DNA of 62,822 nt from an uncultured Planctomycetia bacterium. Lineage in GTDB: Bacteria; Omnitrophota; Gorgyraeia; Duberdicusellales; 4484-171. A program made the translations under genes and the position numbers. The notes under the pieces are model-generated. The model ran no database searches. It saw only the letters and a program-made list of their open reading frames with translations, and had not been told where the DNA came from. Of this stretch, positions 48,996 through 58,958 are shown piece after piece. Every line of letters begins with the position of its first letter. The first letter of the stretch is position 1. The stretch spans positions 1-62,822 of the forward strand of contig CAZWON010000007.1 in NCBI GenBank assembly GCA_964635565.1. Direction: 5' to 3'.

Positions 48996-49809
48996 TGGAG
49001 CTTTTTCTTTTATCATAGGAATGTGTGTGGGTAGTTTTCTTAATGTTTGTATTTATCGTTTGCCTCGTGAGATTTCCATCATAAAACCTTTTTCTTTTTG
49101 TCCTGAATGTAAAATCTCTTTGAAGTGGTATGATAACATACCTATCTTAAGTTATTTTCTTCTTAGAGGAAAATGTAGAAATTGTCACAAAAAGATTACC
49201 TTGCGGTATCCTTTAGTAGAATTTATTACGGGCTGTCTTTTTTTCTTTCTCTACAATAGGTTTTCTTTATCACTAGATTTTTTTAAATTTGTTTTCTTTT
49301 TTTCTCTTCTGATTGTAGTTTCTTTTGTGGATATCGATTATCACGCTATACCTGTATATTTTTGTTTTTTAGGGATTTTGGTAGGGTTATTTTTCGCCTT
49401 CTACGAGAGTGTTATAATATATAAACAGGGGTTTATTGATAATTTACCCATAATAGTTGCTTTTAAGGGTTTAATATTTGGTTTGGGTTTTACTTATTTT
49501 TTTAAACTTATGGGGGACATTATATTAAATATTTATCTTTCTTTAAGAAAAAAAGATTCTATAGAGGGGGAAAGAGAATCTTTAGGGTTAGGTGATGTGG
49601 ATTTTATGGGAATGGTAGGAATATTTTTGGGAATTAAACTTACTGTAACTGTCTTCTTTATTGCTCCTTTTATTGCTCTATTTTATTCTATATTTGCTAT
49701 TATTTTTAAGAAATCGCATCTTATTCCTTATTTACCTTATCTTTCCCTTGCCGCTTTTATATCTTTTATATGGGGGAGAAATATCATAACATTTGTAGGC
49801 TTGGGATGA
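48985..49809 (+). CDS. Prepilin peptidase (A24, PilD-like)
   Basis: GSFLNVCIYRLP, CPEC...CRNC, LGLGDVDF. Confidence 0.92.
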   Translation: MSLSGAFSFIIGMCVGSFLNVCIYRLPREISIIKPFSFCPECKISLKWYDNIPILSYFLLRGKCRNCHKKITLRYPLVEFITGCLFFFLYNRFSLSLDFFKFVFFFSLLIVVSFVDIDYHAIPVYFCFLGILVGLFFAFYESVIIYKQGFIDNLPIIVAFKGLIFGLGFTYFFKLMGDIILNIYLSLRKKDSIEGERESLGLGDVDFMGMVGIFLGIKLTVTVFFIAPFIALFYSIFAIIFKKSHLIPYLPYLSLAAFISFIWGRNIITFVGLG

Positions 49810-49842
49810 AAATGATATAAAAACAATATTAAGTTAAGAGGA

Positions 49843-50898
49843 ATGGTAAAAGAATTTTTAAATAAAACATATGCCTTTAACAGCGTAAGTGCTTATTTTT
49901 TCTCTTTGTTGTTGTTTATGGCCATTGTTATAGCAATAAAAATATTTCGTTGTGTAGTTCTTAATCGCCTTAAGAAATGGGCAGAGAAAACTGCAACTAC
50001 TATTGATGATCTTATAATAAGTTTTTTTGAAAAAACACTGATTCCTTTAATGTATTTTGGTGGCTTTTATATAAGTATAAACTCTTTAAGTATTGTCCCC
50101 TCTTTAAAGAAAGTAATTGATGTTTTAGGTATTGCTTTATTAACTATATTCACTGCACGTCTTATAACAAGTATCCTTGCCTACATTTTTGAGATTTATC
50201 TTAAAAAACAAGAAAAAAATGTTTCTTTAGAACGTAGCATGAAAGGAATACTAAAGGTAATTAAATTTTTAGTGTGGGGATTAGCGGTTGTATTCTTTCT
50301 TGATAATTTAGGTTTTAAAATATCTACAGTTATTGCTGGTTTAGGTATTGGTGGTGTAGCTGTAGGATTAGCTGCTCAAGCAATATTGAAAGATCTTTTC
50401 AGTTATTTCGCCATAATATTTGATAGACCTTTTGAGGTAGGAGATTTTATTATTGTTGATGATTATCTGGGGACAGTAGAGTATATTGGGGCAAAGACAA
50501 CACGTATCCGTAGTTTAAGTGGAGAACAGCTCATTTTTTCCAATACCGACCTTACAGATTCACGTTTAAGAAATTATAAAAGAATGGCAAGACGTCGAGT
50601 AGTTTTTCGTATAGGGGTAACTTATGATACTCCCCTTGATAAGCTTAAAGAAATCCCTGTTATTATTGAAAAAATAGTCAAAGGTATTGGTGGTACTATT
50701 TTTGACCGGGCCCATTTTTTCTCTTATGGAGATTTCAGTCTTATATTTGAAATTGTTTACTATGTTATTGGTAGTGATTACAATAAATATATGGACATCC
50801 AACAGGCAATCAATTTAAAAATAAAGGAAGAATTTGTAAAACGCAAGATTGATTTTGCTTTTCCTACGCAAACAGTTTATTTCCACAAATTATCTTAA
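49843..50898 (+). CDS. Small-conductance mechanosensitive channel (MscS family)
   Basis: AGLGIGGVAVGLAAQ, DRPFEVGD, FAFPTQT. Confidence 0.93.
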   Translation: MVKEFLNKTYAFNSVSAYFFSLLLFMAIVIAIKIFRCVVLNRLKKWAEKTATTIDDLIISFFEKTLIPLMYFGGFYISINSLSIVPSLKKVIDVLGIALLTIFTARLITSILAYIFEIYLKKQEKNVSLERSMKGILKVIKFLVWGLAVVFFLDNLGFKISTVIAGLGIGGVAVGLAAQAILKDLFSYFAIIFDRPFEVGDFIIVDDYLGTVEYIGAKTTRIRSLSGEQLIFSNTDLTDSRLRNYKRMARRRVVFRIGVTYDTPLDKLKEIPVIIEKIVKGIGGTIFDRAHFFSYGDFSLIFEIVYYVIGSDYNKYMDIQQAINLKIKEEFVKRKIDFAFPTQTVYFHKLS

Positions 50899-50907
50899 AA
50901 AAGGAGA

Positions 50908-51603
50908 ATGAGGAAAATTTATAAAGCAATCTTTGTTTTTCTTTCCCCGAGTATTTTTTCTGTATCTCTCTTTTCTGCTCCTGCTTATGGTCCCCAGATG
51001 CCTCCTCAAAGAAAATTCTTTTGTGGGATTCAGAACTATACTCTTTTCAAAAGAAATCTTGAAGGGAGAAATGGAAAAATGCGTAGCATTCAGAGTTTTT
51101 TTCTTTTAACTTATGGGCTGAGGGATTGGTTTTCTATTGATTTAAAAGGAGGTGCGGGTTATATTAAACAACACCCTGAGGGAGTAGATGAAATTGATTA
51201 TCCTACTTATCTTGGTGGAGGATATGGGTTTAGAATTAAGCTTATGGAAAACGCCTATTATGCCACAAAACTTATTTTTGGTTTTCAGCACATAAGTATT
51301 CATCCTAAGCATATACAGATAAATGGTATCAAGTATAAAGGAGTTCTTGATGATTGGCAGATATCTTTACTTTTTTCCCGTAAACTGGGTAAATTTATCC
51401 CTTATTTGGGAACAAAATGGTCACGTACTGATTATATAAACTGGCAGGATAATGAAAGAAACCGCATAAAATCTGATTTAACTCACTCTATAGGGATAAT
51501 ATTGGGAATAGACTTTGTTATAAGAGAGGATCTATGGGTTAATATTGAAAGTCACCTTTTGGATGAAAAAGCTTTTTCCTGCGCTCTTATGTTTAAGTTG
51601 TAA
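50908..51603 (+). CDS. Putative outer-membrane beta-barrel protein
   Basis: Signal peptide; alternating hydrophobic/aromatic strands; PYLG motif. Confidence 0.55.
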   Translation: MRKIYKAIFVFLSPSIFSVSLFSAPAYGPQMPPQRKFFCGIQNYTLFKRNLEGRNGKMRSIQSFFLLTYGLRDWFSIDLKGGAGYIKQHPEGVDEIDYPTYLGGGYGFRIKLMENAYYATKLIFGFQHISIHPKHIQINGIKYKGVLDDWQISLLFSRKLGKFIPYLGTKWSRTDYINWQDNERNRIKSDLTHSIGIILGIDFVIREDLWVNIESHLLDEKAFSCALMFKL

Positions 51604-51611
51604 CTTCATAT

Positions 51612-53075
51612 ATGATTATAAAGACTGACTCTTCTGATTTCCTCGCCTATTTAGAAGATACCTCTAATCTTAAAGGATTTGCTGATACTCTTTATATCCC
51701 TGAAAATAAATTAGAGATTTGTGAGATTTTAAGAGATTGTAATATGAGGAGAAAGCCCTTAACTTGTTCTGGTGCACGCACAGGAACAACAGGAGGGTGT
51801 GTACCTTTAAGAGGGGGCATTCTTTCTTTGGAAAAACTTAACAAAGTAATAGATATTGAGGTCGTTGATAAAATAGCTAAAGTGGAAGCAGGAGTACCTT
51901 TAAGTGTTCTTGAAGAAAAGTTGAATAAGTTTGGACTTACCTTTTCTCCACAACCAACTGAGTCTCTTGCCCTTATAGGATCAGCTGTTTCTACAGGAGC
52001 ATCAGGAGTACGAGGGTTTAAATATGGTTCCATAAGAAGTTATATTCGGGCGATAGAGATTGTTCTTTCTGACGGGACTCTTATGCTATTAAAACGTGGC
52101 AAGGTCAAAGCAAAGGGTAGAAATTTTTTCTTTACCTATGGAAAGAAAGATTTTAAATTTTCTCTTCCTACCTATATACTTCCTTCTGTTAAAACTCAGG
52201 CAGGGTATTTCGTTTGTGAAAATATGGATTTAATCGACCTTTTTATTGGAAGTGAAGGCACCTTGGGAGTAATTGTTGCTGTGGAGATAGCAGTTCAAAA
52301 TAAAAGTGAGGCTATTTTTGATGGAGTGGTTTTTTTTGACACAGAAAAGGGAGGATTTAATTTTGTAGAGAAGGTAATCCAGAGAAAGAAAAAAAGAATG
52401 TTTTCTCCTACAAGTATCGAATTTTTTGATGGCAATTCCCTTGAATTTTTAAGCGATGAGTATTCTCATATTCCTAAGAAAGGGTGTGCTATATACTTTG
52501 AACAGGAGGCTAGCAAAGATTCTTATGAGAATCTTATGAATATGTGGATAAATTTATTTAAAGAGAGTGGAGTAGATTTAGAGTGTGTTTGGATAGGAGA
52601 TAATCCACGTGAGCGATTAAGAATTTATGAATTCCGCCATAGACTTCCAGAGAAAATTAACGAATTTTTGCGTAAACACCATCAGAAGAAGCTTTCTACC
52701 GATATTGCTGTCCCTGATAAAAATTTTTATAAGATGTACGATTTTTACAAAAAAGAGGCAAAGAAGTTAAAAATTTCTTATGTTAATTTTGGGCATATCG
52801 GGGAAAGGCATCTTCATTTTAATTTTCTTCCTCGCAATGAAGAAGAGTATCTTTTAGGCCAAGAGACTATTAAGCGTTTTATCCATTATAGTGTATCTCT
52901 TAAGGGAACAGTTTCTGCAGAGCATGGCATTGGTAAGATAAAAAAGGAATATCTTAAGGTTATGTTTGGAATAGACCATATAAAAGAAATGGCCCAACTT
53001 AAAGCGTATTTTGACCCTTACTTTATTCTTGGAGAGAATAATATTTTTGATAAAGATATTCTTAGAAAAGACTAA
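51612..53075 (+). CDS. FAD-binding oxidoreductase (GlcD/D-lactate dehydrogenase type)
   Basis: GARTGTTGG, GSEGTLG, GHIGERHLH, AEHGIGK. Confidence 0.9.
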   Translation: MIIKTDSSDFLAYLEDTSNLKGFADTLYIPENKLEICEILRDCNMRRKPLTCSGARTGTTGGCVPLRGGILSLEKLNKVIDIEVVDKIAKVEAGVPLSVLEEKLNKFGLTFSPQPTESLALIGSAVSTGASGVRGFKYGSIRSYIRAIEIVLSDGTLMLLKRGKVKAKGRNFFFTYGKKDFKFSLPTYILPSVKTQAGYFVCENMDLIDLFIGSEGTLGVIVAVEIAVQNKSEAIFDGVVFFDTEKGGFNFVEKVIQRKKKRMFSPTSIEFFDGNSLEFLSDEYSHIPKKGCAIYFEQEASKDSYENLMNMWINLFKESGVDLECVWIGDNPRERLRIYEFRHRLPEKINEFLRKHHQKKLSTDIAVPDKNFYKMYDFYKKEAKKLKISYVNFGHIGERHLHFNFLPRNEEEYLLGQETIKRFIHYSVSLKGTVSAEHGIGKIKKEYLKVMFGIDHIKEMAQLKAYFDPYFILGENNIFDKDILRKD

Positions 53076-53083
53076 AGAAGTTT

Positions 53084-53491
53084 ATGAGAACAGTTGAGGT
53101 CGTTGCTGCTTTAATTATTGATAAAAATAAAGTTTGTATATGTCAACGCAAAGAAAAAGATTCGTTCTCTTTGCTTTGGGAATTTCCAGGAGGAAGAATT
53201 GAAGCAAAAGAGACATTGAGTGGTGCCATTAAGCGGGAGATAAAAGAAGAGCTCGGTTTAGAAATTGAGCCCATAAAGATTATAGGGAATTTCAAAGATA
53301 CTATTTCTAAACTTACGATAAATGTCCATCTTTTTTTGTGTCGTATTGTTAAGGGAAAGCCTTTGCCTCTTGAATGCGCGGATGTGCGTTTTGTAAGTAT
53401 TGATGAGCTAAGTAAATTTTCTTTAGCTCCTGTGGATAAGAAAATAGCTACTTACTTAAATAATCATAAGGATTTGTTATCTTCTATGTGA
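53084..53491 (+). CDS. Nudix hydrolase (MutT/NudG type)
   Basis: WEFPGGRIEAKETLSGAIKREIKEELG. Confidence 0.92.
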   Translation: MRTVEVVAALIIDKNKVCICQRKEKDSFSLLWEFPGGRIEAKETLSGAIKREIKEELGLEIEPIKIIGNFKDTISKLTINVHLFLCRIVKGKPLPLECADVRFVSIDELSKFSLAPVDKKIATYLNNHKDLLSSM

Positions 53492-54135
53492 TGGCGTATA
53501 TCCTTTCCTTTTACAATATAGTAAACATCCTCAGCAATATTTGTTGCATGGTCGGCAATACGTTCTAAATAACGTGCTACAAGAATGAGTTTTATTGCCC
53601 GATTGATATTTTTAGGGTCCTGAAGCATATAGGTAAGTAGCTCGCGAAAAATTTGGTCATTTAAATTATCTACAATATCATCAGTTGAACATACTTTCCG
53701 GGAAGCTTCTGCATCTTTATTAAGGAAGGCCTTTAAGGTATTATCGAGCATCTCCTGAGCAATCTCAGCCATACGGGGAAGGTCAATGAGGGGTTTTAAT
53801 GGAGGCTCTTTAAGAAGTTCTTTTGAGCGTTCTACAATATTTACTGCTAAGTCTGCCATACGTTCTAATTCTGAGTTTATTTTCATTACAGAAACAATAA
53901 GACGCAAATCGCTTGCTGCTGGTTGACGTAAAGCAATCAATTTTAAAGCTTCATCGTCAATTTCAATCTGTGCCATATTTATTTTCTCTTCCGATTCAAG
54001 GACAAAATCCATAAGCTCTTCTTTTCGTTCTTTTAAGGCACAGATAGAGGTAGAGATCATCTCTCGTACAAGGTTCGCAGTACGGGTAAGTTTTTTCTTA
54101 AGTTCTGTTAATTCTTCATCAAAATGGCGATCCAT
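53464..54135 (-). CDS. phoU: Phosphate signalling protein PhoU (start moved to ATG 54135)
   Basis: ELERMAD, LERIADHATNI; SD AGGAGGA upstream of MDRHF. Confidence 0.95.
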   Translation of the reverse strand: MDRHFDEELTELKKKLTRTANLVREMISTSICALKERKEELMDFVLESEEKINMAQIEIDDEALKLIALRQPAASDLRLIVSVMKINSELERMADLAVNIVERSKELLKEPPLKPLIDLPRMAEIAQEMLDNTLKAFLNKDAEASRKVCSTDDIVDNLNDQIFRELLTYMLQDPKNINRAIKLILVARYLERIADHATNIAEDVYYIVKGKDIRHHIEDNKSL

Positions 54136-54154
54136 AATTTTCCTCCTTTTAATA

Positions 54155-54922
54155 TTATCCAAATCTTCCTGTAATATAATTTTCTGTTCGATCATCAGAA
54201 GGATTAGTAAATATTTTTTTTGTACGAGCAAATTCAACAAGTTCACCTAAAAGCATAAATCCACACCAATAAGATACTCTTGCTGCTTGCTGCATATTAT
54301 GGGTTACAATAACAATTGTATAATCTTTTTTTAAGACTTGCAATAATTCTTCTATTTTTGTTGTAGAAATAGGGTCTAAAGTTGAACAAGGTTCATCTAA
54401 GAGGATAATATTTGGTTTTAAAATAATAACACGAGCAATACATAAACGCTGTTGTTGTTCTAAGGTTAACGCGCGGGCATTTTTAGTATGCAGATTATCT
54501 TTTAACTCATCCCATAGTCCTACATCTTTCAGTGATTTTTCAATAACTTTTTCTACCTCACGGCGTTCCTTAATAAGACGGTGTATCTTTATTCCGAAAT
54601 TAAGATTGTCGTAAATCGAAGCATTAAAAACATTGGGGCGCTGAAAAACCATACCTACATTGCGCCTTAGTTGGATAAGGTTGGTATTTTCACTTAGGAT
54701 ATTTTCTCCTTCAATAATTACTCTTCCTTCTATTTTTACATTTTCAATTAAATCATTCATTCGGTTGAAACAGCGAAGTAACGTTGATTTTCCGCAGCCT
54801 GACGGCCCAATAATAGCTGTAATTTCTTGAGAGGGTATAGAAATATTTATATTTTTTAGAGCATGGAAGTTACCATAGTATAAGTTTAAATTTTCTGTTT
54901 TTATTTTTTGATTAATCTTCAT
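54155..54922 (-). CDS. pstB: Phosphate ABC ATPase, intact Walker A/Q/B/H, degenerate signature
   Basis: GPSGCGKST, VFQRP, LLDEP, VTHN; signature LTLEQ. Confidence 0.93.
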   Translation of the reverse strand: MKINQKIKTENLNLYYGNFHALKNINISIPSQEITAIIGPSGCGKSTLLRCFNRMNDLIENVKIEGRVIIEGENILSENTNLIQLRRNVGMVFQRPNVFNASIYDNLNFGIKIHRLIKERREVEKVIEKSLKDVGLWDELKDNLHTKNARALTLEQQQRLCIARVIILKPNIILLDEPCSTLDPISTTKIEELLQVLKKDYTIVIVTHNMQQAARVSYWCGFMLLGELVEFARTKKIFTNPSDDRTENYITGRFG

Positions 54923-54924
54923 AG

Positions 54925-55677
54925 TTATCCGAACTTACCCCTTATATAATCATCAGTACGTTTATCCTTAGGAGAGGTAAATAAAGTAGAGGTTTTATCT
55001 ATTTCGATGAGTTCACCCATGAGAAAAAAAGAGCATCTTTCTGTTACTCGTGCTGCTTGTTTAGTATTGTTAGTAACAAGAATTTGAGTATAGTGCTGTT
55101 TTAATTCCTGCATTGCTTCTTCTATTTTTGCTGTAGAAATAGGGTCTAAGCCTGAACAGGGTTCATCATAAAGAATAATATCGGGTTGTACAGCAAGTGT
55201 ACGGGCGATACAGAGACGTTGTTGTTGACCTCCAGAAAGTTTTAATGCAGGCGAATGTAATCGGTCTTTGACTTCATCCCATAGATATGCTCGTTTAAGA
55301 GATATTTCCACAAGTTCATCCAATATGCTTTTTTTGCGTATCCCATGGACTTTTGGTCCATAGGCAATGTTGTTGTAAATACTCATAGGTAATACCTGAG
55401 GTAAAGCAAAAATAATTCCGATTTTTTTTCGTAGCTCATTATCACTCAATTCAGCAATATTCTTTCCTAAAAAATATATCTCACCTTCTTGAAAGTAATT
55501 GGGTTTTAAATAATTAAGACGGTTTAAGGCGCAAAGAAACGTTGTCTTACCACTGTTAGCAGGGCCGATTATACCTAAAATCTCTTTAGGAAAAACTTCT
55601 ATATTGAGATTCTTTAATACACAATTATTGTCAAAATAGGCAGATAAGTTTTTTGTCTCAATAATTATTTGCATCAC
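54925..55677 (-). CDS. pstB: Phosphate ABC ATPase, intact signature, degenerate Walker A/Q/H
   Basis: GPANSGKTT, IFALP, LSGGQ, LYDEP, VTNN. Confidence 0.9.
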   Translation of the reverse strand: MMQIIIETKNLSAYFDNNCVLKNLNIEVFPKEILGIIGPANSGKTTFLCALNRLNYLKPNYFQEGEIYFLGKNIAELSDNELRKKIGIIFALPQVLPMSIYNNIAYGPKVHGIRKKSILDELVEISLKRAYLWDEVKDRLHSPALKLSGGQQQRLCIARTLAVQPDIILYDEPCSGLDPISTAKIEEAMQELKQHYTQILVTNNTKQAARVTERCSFFLMGELIEIDKTSTLFTSPKDKRTDDYIRGKFG

Positions 55678-55683
55678 AATTTA

Positions 55684-56532
55684 TTACCATTGTTTCTTTT
55701 TACGGAAATGTACCCGTAGCACGATACTTATAAGATTTATTAAGAAGACTAATATAATAAGGACAAAAGCAGTGGCAAAACTTATCTGCAGAGGCATATT
55801 GGGTACTTGTGTTGAGATAACGTAAAGATGATATGGTAAAGCCATGGCCTGATCAAATATTGACCGAGGTAAGCGGGGAAGATAAAAAGCTGCCACAGTA
55901 AAAAGGATAGGGGCGGTTTCTCCTGCAGCTCGACTTAAGCTTAATACTGTTCCTGTAAGAATTCCTGGTAAAGCATAAGGGAGTACACAATAACGGATTG
56001 TCTGCCATTTTGTTGCTCCTAAGGATAGGCTTATTTCTCTAAAAGAATAGGGAACTGCTTCTAATGCCTCTTTGGTTGCAGTAACAATTACGGGCAAACT
56101 CATAATGGCAAGTGTTAATGATCCTGCCAGAATTGATGTACCAAATTGCATAAAGATGACAAAAAGAGCAAAGCCAAATAGACCGTAGACAATTGAAGGA
56201 ATGCCAGAAAGATTGACAATGGATAGCTTAATAAGGCGAGTAAAAAAGTTATCTTTTGCATATTCTACAAGATATATAGCAGAGAGTATACCCACAGGAA
56301 GAGAAAAAATCATTGTTCCTACAATAAGATAGATTGTTCCTATAATAGCAGGTAGAATTCCTCCTTCTTTCATTCCATTACGGGGGTACTGGCTTATAAA
56401 TTCCCAAGTAATTGTTCCTATACTGTTTTTGGCAACATAGAATATAGTAAGAAAAATAGGGAGGATAACAAAAAAAGTAATTATACCCAAAATTATAAAA
56501 GCAACCTTTTCTCTTGTAGTTGGCGATTTCAT
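55684..56532 (-). CDS. pstA: Phosphate ABC permease
   Basis: LSGIPSIVYG, RAAGETAP. Confidence 0.95.
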   Translation of the reverse strand: MKSPTTREKVAFIILGIITFFVILPIFLTIFYVAKNSIGTITWEFISQYPRNGMKEGGILPAIIGTIYLIVGTMIFSLPVGILSAIYLVEYAKDNFFTRLIKLSIVNLSGIPSIVYGLFGFALFVIFMQFGTSILAGSLTLAIMSLPVIVTATKEALEAVPYSFREISLSLGATKWQTIRYCVLPYALPGILTGTVLSLSRAAGETAPILFTVAAFYLPRLPRSIFDQAMALPYHLYVISTQVPNMPLQISFATAFVLIILVFLINLISIVLRVHFRKKKQW

Positions 56533-57401
56533 TGCTTCCCTCTTTGTAAGGATAAATCAGCAAGAAAGTTTATGATAAAAGTGATAATAAAAAGAACAAG
56601 ACCCACAGCAAAGAGAGCAAAGTAATGTTCACTTCCCGAAACTGTTTCTCCCATTTCTCCTGCCACCGTTGCAGTAAGTGTCCGTAAAGGTTGAAAAATA
56701 GAGCGGGGGATAACGGGAGAATTACCTGTAACCATCATTACTACCATTGTTTCTCCAATGACCCGACCTATTCCTAGCATTATAGCAGCAATTATTCCTG
56801 AAGAGGCAGAAGGAAGAACTATACGCCAGAGGGTTTGCCAGCGTGTTGCTCCTAAACCAAAAGCAGCTTCTTTGTAAGAACGGGGTACACTGACAAGAGC
56901 ATCTTCCGAGATACTGATTATAGTAGGTAGCGCCATAAATGCAAGAAGCAGGCTTCCTGTTAACCCACACATTCCTGTGGATAAACCTAAAGCATTTTTT
57001 AAGAATGGCCCCAGCCAGACAATTCCAATAAATCCCAATACAACACTAGGTATAGAAGCAAGAATTTCTACTAATGATTTCAAGATTATCCGCAAATAAG
57101 AGGGGGCAACCTCAGCAATAAACATTGCTACAGCAATCCCTGTGGGGACACAAATAAGTATTGCTACAAGAGTTACATAAAGAGAACCTATTACTAAAGG
57201 AATAATACCAAATTGAGATGGTTCAGAGATAGGAAGCCAGTTCTTGCCAAAAAAGAAATTTTTTAAAGAGTAAGTGCGAAAGAGGGAAAGAGAGTCTTTG
57301 AGAAGAAAGAGAAAGATTAGAACAACAAAACCAATTATAAGCGCTCCACTTGTGTGGATTAGAAATTCGATAACGAATTCCTTAGTTTTCTTCAGACGCA
57401 T
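56529..57401 (-). CDS. pstC: Phosphate ABC permease
   Basis: LASIPSVVLG, GRVIGETM. Confidence 0.95.
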   Translation of the reverse strand: MRLKKTKEFVIEFLIHTSGALIIGFVVLIFLFLLKDSLSLFRTYSLKNFFFGKNWLPISEPSQFGIIPLVIGSLYVTLVAILICVPTGIAVAMFIAEVAPSYLRIILKSLVEILASIPSVVLGFIGIVWLGPFLKNALGLSTGMCGLTGSLLLAFMALPTIISISEDALVSVPRSYKEAAFGLGATRWQTLWRIVLPSASSGIIAAIMLGIGRVIGETMVVMMVTGNSPVIPRSIFQPLRTLTATVAGEMGETVSGSEHYFALFAVGLVLFIITFIINFLADLSLQRGKQ

Positions 57402-58284
57402 TTTCCTCTCTTATAGGGACAAATCCTGTCTCTTGAAAAACACGTTGGCCTTGGGGAGAATATACATAATCAATAAAAAGCTTTATTACTCCTTTTGGTT
57501 CACCATTAGTATACATCTGTAAAGGACGTGAGAGAATATACTTTCCTTTTGCAACATATTTTACAGTAGGAGGATAGAACTTATTATCTTTACCTATTTT
57601 TACTGCTTTTACGCGGTCACAGATATATCCCATACCAAGGTAGCCGATAGCATTTTCGTTGTTTACAACTTCTTCTACAATTGATTGGGAGGAGGAAAGA
57701 AGAAGAGTTTGTGGAGAAAACTCTTCTTTACTATTTTTATTTTCAAGTTGAATAACTTTTTCCTTAAAGTACATATGAGTTCCTGAGCTTACTTCTCGTG
57801 ACAAAGTTACAATTTTCCCCTCTTTCCCACCTATTTCTTTCCAGTTGGTAATCTTTCCTGTGAATATATCGTGGAGTTGGTCAATCGTAAATGTGTCTAT
57901 AGGATTATTTTTATTGACAATCACTGCCACACCATCATAGGCAACAACAAATTCTTTCGGAGTAATACCTCTTTTTTTAGCTATTTCAATTTCTTTTTTC
58001 TTCATCTTTCTTGAAGCATTGGCAATATCACACGTACTATTAATTAGAGATGCGATACCTACACCACTGCCTCCACCAGTAACGGCAACAAAGACATAGG
58101 GATATTCTTTCATAAAATTTTCGGCAAGTTTTTGCGCTGCATTAACAATTGTATCTGACCCTTTAATTTGAATGAAACCGCTTGGTCCTTTATGGGTTTT
58201 TTCTGAGGATACGCAAGAAAAAACAAATAATAAGAAAAGATAAAAGAAGATATTATTTATTTTTATATTTTTTATGCTCAACAT
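57382..58284 (-). CDS. pstS: Phosphate-binding lipoprotein
   Basis: GSDT, GGGSGVG, ASR, SREVSSGT; lipobox-like VFSC. Confidence 0.94.
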   Translation of the reverse strand: MLSIKNIKINNIFFYLFLLFVFSCVSSEKTHKGPSGFIQIKGSDTIVNAAQKLAENFMKEYPYVFVAVTGGGSGVGIASLINSTCDIANASRKMKKKEIEIAKKRGITPKEFVVAYDGVAVIVNKNNPIDTFTIDQLHDIFTGKITNWKEIGGKEGKIVTLSREVSSGTHMYFKEKVIQLENKNSKEEFSPQTLLLSSSQSIVEEVVNNENAIGYLGMGYICDRVKAVKIGKDNKFYPPTVKYVAKGKYILSRPLQMYTNGEPKGVIKLFIDYVYSPQGQRVFQETGFVPIREENASEEN

Positions 58285-58327
58285 TATTAAAGATTAAAGG
58301 AATAAAATTTTTCTTTACTATCGGGTG

Positions 58328-58355
58328 ATTTTATCAGAAAAAATTTTAATTGCAA
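58328..58355 (-). promoter_or_regulatory. Putative pst operon promoter
   Basis: Minus strand TTGCAA (58355-50), 16 nt, TAAAAT (58333-28) with TG-A extension. Confidence 0.55.
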
Positions 58356-58388
58356 GATTTTTATTCTAAACTCGATATTATAAAAAGA

Positions 58389-58416
58389 TTGACTGCTTAA
58401 GTACAAAGAGTATAAT
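58389..58416 (+). promoter_or_regulatory. pyrE promoter, probable leaderless transcript
   Basis: TTGACT (58389-94), 16 nt, TATAAT (58411-16), 8 nt to ATG, no SD. Confidence 0.6.
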
Positions 58417-58424
58417 TTATTCAA

Positions 58425-58958
58425 ATGAAAGAAGAGCTATTAAAAATGATAAAAAAAGAAGCTTTTTTCAAAAAACGCATTACCCTTTCCTCAGGGAAGA
58501 TAAGTAATTATTATATTGATATTCGCCGAGTTAGCCTTACATCAAAAGGATTATACTTAATTTCTCATCTTATCTGGGATATGATTAAAAAAGATAACCC
58601 TACAGCTATTGGAGGGCCTACTTTGGGTGCTGATCCTATAATAGGAGGAATATGCCTCCTTGCGAGCGTTAAGAAAAGAAGTATAAAAGGTTTTATAGTG
58701 AGAAAAAAACCTAAAGCGCATGGCCACCAGAATCTAATAGAAGGTAAAAAACTGACCTCAAAAGATAAGGCAGTTATTATTGACGATGTTACTACTACAG
58801 GTTCCTCGCTTATTAATGCTTATTTAGCTCTTAAGAAATATAAGATTCCTGTAATTAAAGCAATTTCTGTAGTAGATAGGGATGAAGGGGCTAAAGAAGC
58901 ATTCCAAAAATTAAGATGTCCCTTTGCAAGTATTTTTACAAAAAAAGATTTTATTTAA
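58425..58958 (+). CDS. pyrE: Orotate phosphoribosyltransferase
   Basis: LSSGKISNYYID, RKKPKAHG, IIDDVTTTGSS. Confidence 0.95.
   Translation: MKEELLKMIKKEAFFKKRITLSSGKISNYYIDIRRVSLTSKGLYLISHLIWDMIKKDNPTAIGGPTLGADPIIGGICLLASVKKRSIKGFIVRKKPKAHGHQNLIEGKKLTSKDKAVIIDDVTTTGSSLINAYLALKKYKIPVIKAISVVDRDEGAKEAFQKLRCPFASIFTKKDFI

Noticed and set aside
54136-54246. Long N-terminal extension of PhoU in the ORF track
   Set aside because: It overlaps pstB; a strong SD precedes ATG 54135.
58285-58424. Pho box upstream of pstS
   Set aside because: No 11-bp-spaced CTGTCAT-like direct repeats seen.
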